Below, piece after piece: positions 1 to 10,904 of a DNA stretch of 64,000 nucleotides (position 1 is its first letter; each line of letters begins with the position of its first letter). A model generated the notes under the pieces. It saw only the letters and a list, made by a program, of their open reading frames with translations. It was not told the DNA's origin and ran no database searches. The stretch spans positions 17,960-81,959 of the forward strand of contig JBBQJY010000002.1 of NCBI GenBank assembly GCA_038326365.1. Direction: 5' to 3'. The stretch is from Candidatus Curtissbacteria bacterium. Lineage in GTDB: Bacteria > Patescibacteriota > Microgenomatia > Curtissbacterales > GWA2-41-24. Made by a program: the position numbers and the translations under genes.

Positions 1-1
1 T

Positions 2-325
2 TCAGTATTTAGAAGTACTATTTATCTGTCGCATCTCCTGTATTAGTCGGGGCCGGACAACCAAAAAATTGTATGCAAAATAAATAACAAAAATAGCAGG
101 AATGATAGAAAGCGCAATTAGCACATTTCGATTTGTTTTATTGCGCAAAAACAGCAGAAGGGCCAAAATTACAATAAAAATAACTGGAAAAACATAAACA
201 AAGCTTAGTAAATTACTAAATTCGTCAAACATAAAAGGGGAATAATTTGCAACTACACTCGTTGCAATAAATGCATAAATAAGCGCAAGCGCAATTAAAT
301 AGAATAAATTCAACATGATGTTCAT
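2..325 (-). CDS. hypothetical membrane protein (about 3 TM helices)
   Basis: 107-aa ORF with three hydrophobic stretches; overlaps the upstream ORF's stop by 4 nt. Confidence 0.7.
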   Translation of the reverse strand: MNIMLNLFYLIALALIYAFIATSVVANYSPFMFDEFSNLLSFVYVFPVIFIVILALLLFLRNKTNRNVLIALSIIPAIFVIYFAYNFLVVRPRLIQEMRQINSTSKY

Positions 326-525
326 TGTGAATCTCGCTCTAAATCCTCTTTCTTGAGAATCATGCTCAGCTTAATAGCCTCATAATTCCAAGACTCCTTG
401 TCCTCTCCAGTTGGATTTCTATCTAGCTGTTCTTGTATTCTTTGCCTATCTTCGCGCAAACCTTTGCCCAAAAGCAAAACGCCATTCGCCCAAGATTCTT
501 GTGGGATGTAGTCTTCTTCGCCCAT
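322..525 (-). CDS. hypothetical protein
   Basis: 67-aa ORF whose start overlaps the pgk stop codon. Confidence 0.55.
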   Translation of the reverse strand: MGEEDYIPQESWANGVLLLGKGLREDRQRIQEQLDRNPTGEDKESWNYEAIKLSMILKKEDLERDSQ

Positions 526-1544
526 TATTCTAACGCCGCCAAACCTGGCAATGTTTTTCCAGCCAAAAATTCCAGCATTGCACCTCCACCTGCCGAAACA
601 AACGAAAATTGGCTCAATAGTCCTTGTACCTCCAACATTTGGGTAGTGTCTCCACCTCCTACAACGCTGTATGCTCCACTTTCCAAGATAGCGCGAGCAA
701 CGACAATTGATCCAGTTGTATTCCCACCTTCAAAGTAGCCCATAGGCCCATTCCAAACTACAGTTTTGGCCGTTAAAATAAACCTTGAAAAAGTATGGGC
801 AGATTCCAGATCTATATCCTTATGATCGCTGGTTAACCTAGCAACAAAAACATTTTCAGCAAATTGCTGGCCGTTTTTCTCAATCTCGACTGGCAGTTCA
901 CCACCGACTAAAACATGATGAGAAATTTTGGCAAGATTACTGATTACAGGCAGTTTTGTTTCTATCTTTGCTCCACCCACAATCGAAACAAAAGGCCGTG
1001 CTGGTTGATTCAAAAGCTTATTCATGACTCTCACTTCTTCTTCTAAGTGCAAACCGGCACCGTGTGGCAAAAGTGATGGCAAAGAAACCATAGACGCATG
1101 TTCTCTGTGCGAATTTCCAAAGGCCTCGTTTACATAAACATCGGCAAATTTTGCCAATCGATTAGCAAAATCAACATCATTTTTTGCCTCCCCTTCCCAA
1201 AACCTAAGATTCTCAAAAAGAACAATTTCTCCTTCAACTAAATCGTCTAAATCCTCGTTGAAAACTATCTCTTTGCCTAAAATTTTGTTGAGTGCGTCGA
1301 CTAAATGTTTGGTAGATTTGGCCGGATCTGGCCCCTCTGGTCGGTCAATATGCCCAGCAATTACGATTTGCTTAGCCCCTTTGCGAAATAAAAAATCGAC
1401 ACTTGCTTTTAAATTTGTAAGACGCGTTGCCGTTTCGCTATCCAACCTGTTGTGGACTTGCTCTAGCCCCTCTAGCGGAACATCCAAATCCGCTCGCACA
1501 AAAACCCGTTTTCCAGAAACATCTAAATCATGGAGTAATTTCAA
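525..1544 (-). CDS. pgk: phosphoglycerate kinase (compact, 339 aa)
   Basis: Motifs RVFVRADLDVP, FENLRF, YVNEAFGNSHREHAS, GGAK, VWNGPMG, GGGDT, SAGGGAMLEFL; TTG start. Confidence 0.95.
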   Translation of the reverse strand: MKLLHDLDVSGKRVFVRADLDVPLEGLEQVHNRLDSETATRLTNLKASVDFLFRKGAKQIVIAGHIDRPEGPDPAKSTKHLVDALNKILGKEIVFNEDLDDLVEGEIVLFENLRFWEGEAKNDVDFANRLAKFADVYVNEAFGNSHREHASMVSLPSLLPHGAGLHLEEEVRVMNKLLNQPARPFVSIVGGAKIETKLPVISNLAKISHHVLVGGELPVEIEKNGQQFAENVFVARLTSDHKDIDLESAHTFSRFILTAKTVVWNGPMGYFEGGNTTGSIVVARAILESGAYSVVGGGDTTQMLEVQGLLSQFSFVSAGGGAMLEFLAGKTLPGLAALE

Positions 1545-1558
1545 CTTAACTTAATTAT

Positions 1559-2881
1559 CTAAAATTCAGGCAATTTCCACAATGTCCGCGCTTCCCCTAC
1601 CAAATAAAGTGAGCCCGTCACCAAAACAATTTCATCTTTTTGCATGTTTGAAATTGCCCGATAAACCGCCTCCTGAGAATTACCAACGCACGTTGTTTCG
1701 TTGTTCCGTTGTTTCACCGGTGCGTTCACTCGATCGTTGTAATTTTTTATCTCAAGCGCGGTAACAGCCGACCTTTTTCCCATATCTGTTGTTGCACAAT
1801 AACTTGTCGCAATGACTTTGTTAATCGGCAAACTTTTTAAAAGAAGCCCGATCATCTTTTGCCAGTTTTTACCTTTTTTAAAAGCCAACACTAAAGTTAT
1901 TTTTTTATCAAAATAATTTTTATTGATAAATTCAACCAAAGTCTTAATCTTATCCTCGTTGTGCGCTCCGTCCAAAATAACGCCTCTGTCAATTTGTTCA
2001 AAGCGCCCGGAAAAACCGACAGAAAAAGCTTTTTTCACCGCGGCGGAATCCAAAGTAACCCCAAGGCTAAGTACGGTAACCAGAGCCAGATTTTTGTTCT
2101 GAGATGCGAACGCCTCACCCATAGATCTTAGTGATAGATACTCTTTGTTTATGGATCTTTTTATATCAGTTTTAAGAGCACCTTTTTTATTTAGAGTATT
2201 AAAGTTGATCAACATAGCTTTTCTCTCTTTTGCGACCCTTTTTAGTACACCCAAGGCGTTCACAGTCGCTGCTGTCACAACTGGGGTTTTTTCTTTAATT
2301 ATCCCTCCTTTTTCCCATGCAATTTTTTCGATTGTGTCGCCCAAAATTTCCATATGGTCTAAACCAACATTTGTTATTACCGATATTTTTGGTCGCAGAA
2401 CGTTTGTGGCATCAAGCCTTCCTCCAAGTCCAACTTCCACAATGGCCCAATCAACTTTTTCTTCTGCAAAGTACAAAAAGGACAGAGCTACTAATATTTC
2501 AAAATAACTGGGTGTTAAATGAGGCTGTGCGCCTGCAATATCGCCTACAACGGGCTTAATCGAATTAACTAGACGAACTAGTCGTTTAACGGGAATATTC
2601 TTGCCATTAATTTGCATCCGCTCACCGATGTAAATTAGGTGCGGAGAAATATGCAATCCAATTTTAAAACCCCTGCTCGCCAAAAGTCTGGAAATGTAAA
2701 ACGAGGTACTACCTTTGCCAGCCGTTCCGCCGACATGAATACTTTTGAATTTTTTTTCTGGATTACCTAATTTATTTAGAAGATTTTCAATCCTCGCCAG
2801 ACCCAACTCTTCTTTGCCGTAAACTAAAGGAATGAAATCCTCAAGCCAAGCACGGGCAGCGACGTAATCTTTAAAAATCAT
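1559..2881 (-). CDS. folC: folylpolyglutamate synthase / dihydrofolate synthase
   Basis: HVGGTAGKGST, EVGLGGRLDATN, LDGAHN, VTGSLYLVG. Confidence 0.93.
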   Translation of the reverse strand: MIFKDYVAARAWLEDFIPLVYGKEELGLARIENLLNKLGNPEKKFKSIHVGGTAGKGSTSFYISRLLASRGFKIGLHISPHLIYIGERMQINGKNIPVKRLVRLVNSIKPVVGDIAGAQPHLTPSYFEILVALSFLYFAEEKVDWAIVEVGLGGRLDATNVLRPKISVITNVGLDHMEILGDTIEKIAWEKGGIIKEKTPVVTAATVNALGVLKRVAKERKAMLINFNTLNKKGALKTDIKRSINKEYLSLRSMGEAFASQNKNLALVTVLSLGVTLDSAAVKKAFSVGFSGRFEQIDRGVILDGAHNEDKIKTLVEFINKNYFDKKITLVLAFKKGKNWQKMIGLLLKSLPINKVIATSYCATTDMGKRSAVTALEIKNYNDRVNAPVKQRNNETTCVGNSQEAVYRAISNMQKDEIVLVTGSLYLVGEARTLWKLPEF

Positions 2882-2899
2882 TTATCGAGAATTTTACTC

Positions 2900-3463
2900 T
2901 CAAGAAGATTCTGCCTCAACATTAACTCTTTTTGTTTTTAGAAGGTGCACTCGCGCCTGGGAAGCTGCCCAAGCGATTACTTGATAATCACCTGCAAGTC
3001 CAAGTCCTTTCTTCATATTTAAAAACTTTTCGTTATACTCTTCTGCCTTAATATGAAATTCGTTCATAACCTCGGCAACAGAACATCCAAAACATCTTCT
3101 GGAAAGCAATTCTCGTTCCAATGGCTCCAGTTCAGTTTGTCTAGTCGAATATTCTGGCTGCTCAATCCAATTCCCCAAAATAGACAAAGACAAGGCTTTT
3201 GCTAAATTATCGTTACCAGCTCCCCTATAAATCGATTGCACTTTTTCGGCAATATCCCGCTTACGCTTCTTGAAGGTAAGATAACCTATTCTCAATTCGC
3301 TTGCAATATTTTTTTCAGAATCAAATCCATCTCGCAAAGCCCTCAACAAGTTAAGCTCAGCTGCCGTAAAAGGGCAAGGAAATTTCTCCGCAACCAAGTC
3401 AACTCCATTTAATAGTTCCGATTGTGGCGAATACTTTCTTCGGTTTCCTTCTTCCGGGCTCAT
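2900..3463 (-). CDS. putative DNA-binding protein with two LuxR-like HTH segments
   Basis: FTAAELNLLRALRDG...KNIASELRIGYLTFK and LEPLERELL...GCSVAEV...KKGLGL patterns. Confidence 0.55.
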   Translation of the reverse strand: MSPEEGNRRKYSPQSELLNGVDLVAEKFPCPFTAAELNLLRALRDGFDSEKNIASELRIGYLTFKKRKRDIAEKVQSIYRGAGNDNLAKALSLSILGNWIEQPEYSTRQTELEPLERELLSRRCFGCSVAEVMNEFHIKAEEYNEKFLNMKKGLGLAGDYQVIAWAASQARVHLLKTKRVNVEAESS

Positions 3464-3522
3464 ACAGGCAGAGAATTAAACTACTTTTGGACAAAATATA
3501 CAACTTTAATTGAAGATTAATT

Positions 3523-4242
3523 CTACTTTTCTAGCGCGATAAGCTCCAAAAGAGTTCTTCCAATAAGCTCATACTTAGGTCCTACTCCCAATTTTGCTCG
3601 AGCTCGATTCAACATTGTGCTTGCTGTAGCTTTAGAATTATCCATCTCTTTTGAAATTTGCGCCATCGAAAGCCCCATACAAAAATATGTCACAGCACGA
3701 GATTCACCCAAACTTAGCATCGACCTAGGTTCCCCTTGAATTAAACTCGTATCCAGTAAATCGTTTTTAAGCGCAATATTTATCGCCTTTGCCATACCCG
3801 CTCTCACCCCATCAGCGGCCACATACTCTGGCAAGATACTGTCCTTTCGGTCTATTCTCTTACTGCCTATTTTTCTAAGAGATTTCCCAACATTGGACGA
3901 ATCAATTTCAACTGCCCGAGAAATCTCAAATATTCTGAGGCCAGCATCTTTAAGAAATGCAACCATACCCTCTTGCGCAGTCAAAAAATTTTCAGATACA
4001 AATGGTAATCTTTTAGCATTTTGGATAGTTTCGTGCAAAGACTCGTCAGCGCTCATCTTACAAACCAGCTCATTTCTCAAAATGTTCACGTCCCTTGAAA
4101 GAACCAATTGTGTTTGCACCCCGGTCCATCCCGAGATTGCACATTGCAAAAAAACCACGTCCTGCCGATCCAATAAATCCTGCCCTATTTCGGCCTCTTC
4201 AAAAATAAGTGATCTTTCTAGCACAAACAGATATTTTATCAA
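3523..4242 (-). CDS. putative LuxR-like HTH protein (two HTH segments)
   Basis: LTAQEGMVAFL..AGLRIFEISRAV and LSLGESRAV...GLSMAQISKEM..SKATASTMLNRARAKLGV; start codon uncertain. Confidence 0.6.
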   Translation of the reverse strand: MIKYLFVLERSLIFEEAEIGQDLLDRQDVVFLQCAISGWTGVQTQLVLSRDVNILRNELVCKMSADESLHETIQNAKRLPFVSENFLTAQEGMVAFLKDAGLRIFEISRAVEIDSSNVGKSLRKIGSKRIDRKDSILPEYVAADGVRAGMAKAINIALKNDLLDTSLIQGEPRSMLSLGESRAVTYFCMGLSMAQISKEMDNSKATASTMLNRARAKLGVGPKYELIGRTLLELIALEK

Positions 4243-4290
4243 TTGTTCAACTAAATTGATATGCTTCCTAGCTTCTGCTAAATTTAAGTA

Positions 4291-6720
4291 GTGGAAAATC
4301 TGCCCATTCCAAAAAACAGTAAACCTGAAGTTTACGAAAATTTTCTAAGCTATCACTTCGGCTACGCTTGGCCAACATTCGTAAAAACTCGCCCAGTACA
4401 TATCGTGTCTGTAATGGCCAATTTCAACATTGGCGGACTTCTTCAGCATCTTTTTTCTCCATACAAAAGGATGGTCTTAAGCGGCAAAACCTCCTTTACC
4501 GATAGACTTTCTTTTAACTTAATTTCAAGTATCGTGGGCGCAATGGTCAGGCTTGGCCTCATTATTGCCGGCTTTCTGGTCACAATATTTTTTATCGTTT
4601 TTGATGCCTTGGCAATAATGCTTTATCTCATTTTTCCAGCTCTTTCCTACATGGATTTTCAAAAAAAGCAACAATCAAAAATTACTTCAAAAGACCTACA
4701 ATCTACAGCTTCTTTGGTCAAAAAACTTTCCTCAACAAGTATTTGCTACCATCTCACTACTTTTTTCGACGAGGAATTTAAGAACCTCTTTACTAAACTT
4801 CCAGACGCAAAAACACTAGGCATTACTGCCGGGCAAAAAAGCTATGAACCATTCCTTGCTCTTGTTGGCACTTGGCCTGATCTAAAAAATTATCTTGCTG
4901 TTAAAAGTATTAAGGAAGCTGACTTCAAAACTCTTGTTACGTATCTGAACGAATATCTAAATAGCGCCCAAACAGTCAGACCAAAACCACTGGGTCAAAT
5001 GCTTATTTACGGCTACACCAATACCCTAGAGCACTTTGGTACCGAACTCACCGCTCAATCTTTTGCACCGACTCACGGAAGAAAAGAACTCTTGACGTCT
5101 ATTCAAAAAACCCTTACTCGAGTCCAAAGCAATAATGTACTTCTGGTTGGAGACCCAGGTGTCGGTAAGCATTCCACGCTAGAATCCTTAGCCTCAGGCA
5201 TCAACCGACTTGAACTACCAACACTTGCCGACAAACGGTTAATTCTCCTGGATGTGGTTGCTCTTTTGGCATCAAGCAAAAACGCAGCAGAGGTTAAGGG
5301 TAGTTTTGAATCCCTACTACAAGAAGCCAAACGTGCAGGCAATATTATTTTGGCAATAGACGAAATCGACAGAATAACAACCAGCGCCGACGGTCGAATA
5401 GACTTAACTGAGGTAGTCACAACAATTCTTACCGACAACTCACTACCTATAATCGGTCTGGCAACTATCGACAATTTCAATGCATATATTCGCCCCAATG
5501 CCAATATGACATCACTTTTTGAAAGGATAGATGTGGATGAACCAACACACGACGAACTTCTGACAATTTTGGTGGGCAAAACACTAGACATTCAGAAACA
5601 AGAAAAAACGGAAGTTAGCTTAGTGGCCATTTTAGAAATAATGGACAAAAGCGATTCGTTAATGGCTGACAAAAAGCAACCAGAAAAATCGATATTAATC
5701 CTCGAAGATGGCATCGCCGAAGCAAAAAACCGAAGAATAAAACAATTAGACCTGGCAACAGTCGACATAGTTCTTTCCGAAAAAACAAAAACACCGGTTG
5801 GCAAAATAACAGAAAGTGAAGCGCAAAAATTGACCAACTTGGAAACTATTTTGCACCAGAGAATAGTCGGCCAAAACGAAGCAGTCGAAGAAATTTCCCG
5901 CGCGATGCGCCGAGCACGGGCCGAGCTCGAAAAAACAGCTCGCCCCATGGGATCATTCTTATTTTTGGGTCCAACAGGTGTTGGAAAAACTGAAACTGCC
6001 AAAGCTCTCGCTGAGGCTTATTTTGGCAATGAAAATAGAATGGTCAGACTCGACATGACCGAATTTCAAGGCAGCGACGCCATGAGCAGATTAATTGGTA
6101 ATCCCGAAACCAAAACCCAAGGCCAATTCGCCACAAAACTGCGCGAACAACCCTTTGGCTTGGTGCTAGTCGATGAGTTTGAAAAAGCAGGCCACGATGT
6201 CCAGAATCTTTTCTTGCAAATTTTAGATGAGGGCAATCTAACTGATGCTTTTGGCAAAAAAGTAAGCTTCAAAAATACTATTGTTATCGCAACCAGTAAT
6301 GCCGCAGCTGAATATATTCGCGAAGAAGTCGACAAAAATCCCACAGGCTCGGACTTACCCAAAAAATTAACAGACTATGTTCTTTCAAAAGGCCTATTTT
6401 CTCCAGAGCTGATTAATCGCTTTGACGCCGTTGTAATCTACAAGCCGCTCAAATCAGAAGAAATTGTCCAAGTAGCCTATCTTATGCTCCAAAGTCTGGC
6501 AAAAAGCCTCCGAGAAAATAAAAATATTAACTTAGAAATAACACCGGACCTTGCAAGTGCCGTTGCCCGAGCAGGATTCGTTGTAGCCTTTGGAGCAAGG
6601 CCAATTAGAAGACTGATCCAGGACAAGTTGGAAGACAATATTGCCAAACTCTTAATTTCCGGCCAAGTAAAAAACGGTGATTCTGTCAGCTCTCAGTCTT
6701 TAATTAGTTTTTTAAAGTGA
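4291..6720 (+). CDS. ClpA/ClpB/ClpC-family AAA+ ATPase with N-terminal membrane segment
   Basis: NBD1 GDPGVGK and IDEI; NBD2 SFLFLGPTGVGKTE, VDEFEKA, FSPELINRFD, GARPIRR; hydrophobic segment at about aa 75-120. Confidence 0.9.
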   Translation: MENLPIPKNSKPEVYENFLSYHFGYAWPTFVKTRPVHIVSVMANFNIGGLLQHLFSPYKRMVLSGKTSFTDRLSFNLISSIVGAMVRLGLIIAGFLVTIFFIVFDALAIMLYLIFPALSYMDFQKKQQSKITSKDLQSTASLVKKLSSTSICYHLTTFFDEEFKNLFTKLPDAKTLGITAGQKSYEPFLALVGTWPDLKNYLAVKSIKEADFKTLVTYLNEYLNSAQTVRPKPLGQMLIYGYTNTLEHFGTELTAQSFAPTHGRKELLTSIQKTLTRVQSNNVLLVGDPGVGKHSTLESLASGINRLELPTLADKRLILLDVVALLASSKNAAEVKGSFESLLQEAKRAGNIILAIDEIDRITTSADGRIDLTEVVTTILTDNSLPIIGLATIDNFNAYIRPNANMTSLFERIDVDEPTHDELLTILVGKTLDIQKQEKTEVSLVAILEIMDKSDSLMADKKQPEKSILILEDGIAEAKNRRIKQLDLATVDIVLSEKTKTPVGKITESEAQKLTNLETILHQRIVGQNEAVEEISRAMRRARAELEKTARPMGSFLFLGPTGVGKTETAKALAEAYFGNENRMVRLDMTEFQGSDAMSRLIGNPETKTQGQFATKLREQPFGLVLVDEFEKAGHDVQNLFLQILDEGNLTDAFGKKVSFKNTIVIATSNAAAEYIREEVDKNPTGSDLPKKLTDYVLSKGLFSPELINRFDAVVIYKPLKSEEIVQVAYLMLQSLAKSLRENKNINLEITPDLASAVARAGFVVAFGARPIRRLIQDKLEDNIAKLLISGQVKNGDSVSSQSLISFLK

Positions 6721-6804
6721 GACGATAAAAGCATAAAAAAGTAATTGGTAATTTGACTCAATGTTCTTCTACAAATGTATTTATAATTTTCCCGGAGCTT
6801 GTAG

Positions 6805-7254
6805 TTAAAAAACCATAACTTGAGTACCCAAGTCTGCCCAATTAAATAACCACTGACTTGCGCTTACCGGCACATTGACACAGCCATGAGTAACTTTTAT
6901 TCCAAATTTATTATGCCAATATGCTCCGTGAATCGCGTAACCTTGATAAAAATACATTACATTTGGCACATTTTTTATAAAATATGGCTCATAAGGGGGA
7001 TAGTTTCCCTTCATATCTTGCAGTGCATATTTGCGTTGGACAGAAAAAGTACCACGCACAGTCGGTGTGTAGTACATACCAGTAGAAGCCTTGGTAGAAA
7101 AAACAACTTTTCCCCCCTGCCAGGCATATAGCATTTGCTTGCCAATATCCACTGTTATTAGCTTTTTGTCAGTACTTATACTCTGCGCCTGAACACTAAC
7201 TGTTGAAAGTACAAAAATAAGACAGAAAAAAATGGCAGCCAATAACTTTCGCAC
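6805..7254 (-). CDS. L,D-transpeptidase family (YkuD) protein, secreted
   Basis: Signal peptide; YAIHGAYWH...THGCVN catalytic motif. Confidence 0.9.
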   Translation of the reverse strand: MRKLLAAIFFCLIFVLSTVSVQAQSISTDKKLITVDIGKQMLYAWQGGKVVFSTKASTGMYYTPTVRGTFSVQRKYALQDMKGNYPPYEPYFIKNVPNVMYFYQGYAIHGAYWHNKFGIKVTHGCVNVPVSASQWLFNWADLGTQVMVF

Positions 7255-7325
7255 ACTAGTTTAACAGTAACATTTCAGAAGATAATAGAAAAGAAACTTT
7301 TTTTTAGGTATAATCTGGAAGCTTC

Positions 7326-7399
7326 GGGCGCGTAGCTCAGCTGGTTAGAGCGTTACACTGATAATGTAAAGGTCCCAGGTTCGAATCCTGGCGCGCCCA
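7326..7399 (+). tRNA. tRNA-Ile(GAU)
   Basis: GGGCGCG/CGCGCCC acceptor stem; anticodon arm TTACA-CTGATAA-TGTAA; GGTTCGAATCC T-arm. Confidence 0.97.
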
Positions 7400-7419
7400 C
7401 TTCAAAAACTTTCATAATG

Positions 7420-7491
7420 AGGCGCAGAGGGGAATCGAACCCCTGCATAGCCGTTTTGCAGACGGCCGCGTTACCTCTTCGCCACTGCGCC
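7420..7491 (-). tRNA. tRNA-Cys(GCA)
   Basis: Reverse complement reads GGCGCAG...GCCGT-CTGCAAA-ACGGC...GGTTCGATTCC...CTGCGCC-T. Confidence 0.96.
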
Positions 7492-7503
7492 AAATATATC
7501 CTC

Positions 7504-7689
7504 TTATGCGACTTTTGCTTGCTGTTTTCTATTTTTAAACCAAGAAATCCCTACCCCACCCCCAGCAGAAGCGAGTCCCAATTCAACTATTAAGCCAATT
7601 CCAAATCCAGCTCCAATAATTGCCCCAATTAATCCACCCCACTTTAATTTTTTATCAAGATTTGATTCTCTCTTTTCTCTCTCTGACAT
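7504..7689 (-). CDS. small glycine-zipper membrane protein
   Basis: 61 aa with a GxxxG-rich hydrophobic core; TAGAAT lies 6 nt upstream of the ATG. Confidence 0.7.
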   Translation of the reverse strand: MSEREKRESNLDKKLKWGGLIGAIIGAGFGIGLIVELGLASAGGGVGISWFKNRKQQAKVA

Positions 7690-7779
7690 GGGCCAATTCT
7701 ATCAAATCATCAACCTCCTATCAAAGGCAAAAAGAAATTTCACCTTTTCAAATGGTATAATTAATTAGAAAACCTGAGA

Positions 7780-8385
7780 ATGAAGATTATCGCCCACGGC
7801 GTAAAAGATCACAAAACTGCCAAAATGGCCCTCAAAAAAGGTGTAGACTTCGTAGAAATCGACGTCAGCAAGCGAATATTTTTCCCAAAATTTACAACTC
7901 AGCACAATGGCCTATTCGGACTCGCCGGCTGGGGACCAATTCTGGAGCGCGTTCTAACCGCTGAGGTCAGAACCAGGGCATTTTTAGACCTTAAACCTGT
8001 GAGTTACCGCGCAAGCTTTGCATACAGGTTTTCAGATCTTCTTCTAAAGCTCAAATTAGACGACGCCAAGCTCTGTGGTCACAATTGGGAAACAATTTCC
8101 GAACTTGCCTACAAAAATAACGCAAAACCTTACTACACCTTAAGAAACATGGAAAGCGTTTACAAATTTAGAAGAGTTGTTGCTCGTCTCAAAAAACCAG
8201 CAGGCTTCTCTGTCCACCACAAACTAATAAATCGCGAATTCATGAAGGAATTCAAAGATAAATCAACAGAAATTTGGACCTACACCATAGACGATGCTGC
8301 CGAAGCACAAAGATTACTGACACTCGGCGTGGATGGAATAATATCGAATAATTGGGAAAATTTGCTTCAGTTTAAGAAAGCTTAA
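7780..8385 (+). CDS. glycerophosphodiester phosphodiesterase family protein
   Basis: IIAHG, GVDFVEIDV, LDLK, WTYTID...LGVDGIISN. Confidence 0.85.
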   Translation: MKIIAHGVKDHKTAKMALKKGVDFVEIDVSKRIFFPKFTTQHNGLFGLAGWGPILERVLTAEVRTRAFLDLKPVSYRASFAYRFSDLLLKLKLDDAKLCGHNWETISELAYKNNAKPYYTLRNMESVYKFRRVVARLKKPAGFSVHHKLINREFMKEFKDKSTEIWTYTIDDAAEAQRLLTLGVDGIISNNWENLLQFKKA

Positions 8386-8392
8386 ATAAAGC

Positions 8393-8431
8393 TTTAAATC
8401 CTCAAAAGTGGTACCCGTATAAATCTTAGAG
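8393..8431. repeat. 3' arm of the 16S precursor processing stem
   Basis: TTTAAATCCTCAAAAGTGGTACCC (8393-8416) is a near-perfect inverted repeat of GGGTACCACTTTTCAGAATTTAAA (10130-10153); TATAAATCTTAGAG pairs with about 10085-10099. Confidence 0.8.
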
Positions 8432-8565
8432 AACGTCTTATTAAGGAAGACAACTCCTGAAGATTTTACGATTCAACAATCGCACTTTCGGCACGTGAGA
8501 GCCGAAAAATTCATTGGATTACAAATAACTAAAAATTAGCTAAATGTAACCGTAATTCTCCTTAG

Positions 8566-10015
<1,450 letters not shown>

Positions 10016-10084
10016 AAGTTCAATCTTACTCTTTTACTGCGCTCAATCTTCATAAAGAAAATTAAGCGGAGTTATATTTAAAAA

Positions 10085-10153
10085 CTCTAAGGATCTATAT
10101 TTGACCAAATTCGAAATTGAACATGGTTTGGGTACCACTTTTCAGAATTTAAA
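10085..10153. repeat. 5' arm of the 16S precursor processing stem
   Basis: Inverted repeat partner of 8393-8431. Confidence 0.8.
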
Positions 10154-10301
10154 AAACTGAAAAGCAGTATAAATTTAACTTTTCAGTTGTTAAGGTACAA
10201 AAAAACCAAAACTTGGATATTTTGGTTGTACAAAAATCTCACAAGTTTTTTAGATGGCTTTTCCAGGCCACCACCCGCAAGATAATCTTGGGGCGAAAAG
10301 T

Positions 10302-10330
10302 ATTCTACAAACATTGACTCTTGTTGTCAA
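10302..10330 (-). promoter_or_regulatory. sigma70 promoter for 16S rRNA
   Basis: TTGACA-17 nt-TAGAAT on the minus strand. Confidence 0.8.
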
Positions 10331-10342
10331 TCCATTTACCCT
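10314..10342 (+). promoter_or_regulatory. putative sigma70 promoter for the pilin array (leaderless type)
   Basis: TTGACT-17 nt-TACCCT, 7 nt before ATG 10350. Confidence 0.5.
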
Positions 10343-10349
10343 TAACTTA

Positions 10350-10904
10350 ATGCCCAAAGATAAAGATGGTTTCACCCTTGTCGAACTTCTAATTGTAATC
10401 GTACTTCTTGGAATTTTATCCAGCTTTGTAGCAACCGGTGTAATCAGCGCCCAAAGAAAAGGCCGCGACGCACAAAGAAAACATGACCTGACTGTTTTTA
10501 AAAAAGTAATGGAACAAGCAAGAAATGACTGCACCGGGGCTGCATATTATCCTAATGCTTCCTCGGGAGTGGAAACTACTCGCTTTTTTCAATTAGCGGA
10601 TACGTCTGGCTGGCTTGTTACTAATAATTATCTGCAAGGAAAATTGGTTGATCCTATTAACTCTGGTGGATATGGATACAAATACGACCAAAATACCCTA
10701 CCATCCGTCGCAGCCAACGTTTGCACAAACTCGTCAAGTGGAAAACAAGCTTTTGTTGCAAGGGCTCTTCTCGAGAATACTAAGGACCCAGAAGCGAATA
10801 AATCGCGTATTAGCTGTTCGAATATAATTGCCGTTAGCAACTTCACCAACCCCCAACCAGCATCTAATGATGGAAATTATTACGTTTGCTCCGAACCAAA
10901 ATGA
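10350..10904 (+). CDS. type IV pilin / GspG-like prepilin 1
   Basis: G|FTLVELLIVIVLLGIL class III signal; start moved to ATG 10350. Confidence 0.9.
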   Translation: MPKDKDGFTLVELLIVIVLLGILSSFVATGVISAQRKGRDAQRKHDLTVFKKVMEQARNDCTGAAYYPNASSGVETTRFFQLADTSGWLVTNNYLQGKLVDPINSGGYGYKYDQNTLPSVAANVCTNSSSGKQAFVARALLENTKDPEANKSRISCSNIIAVSNFTNPQPASNDGNYYVCSEPK

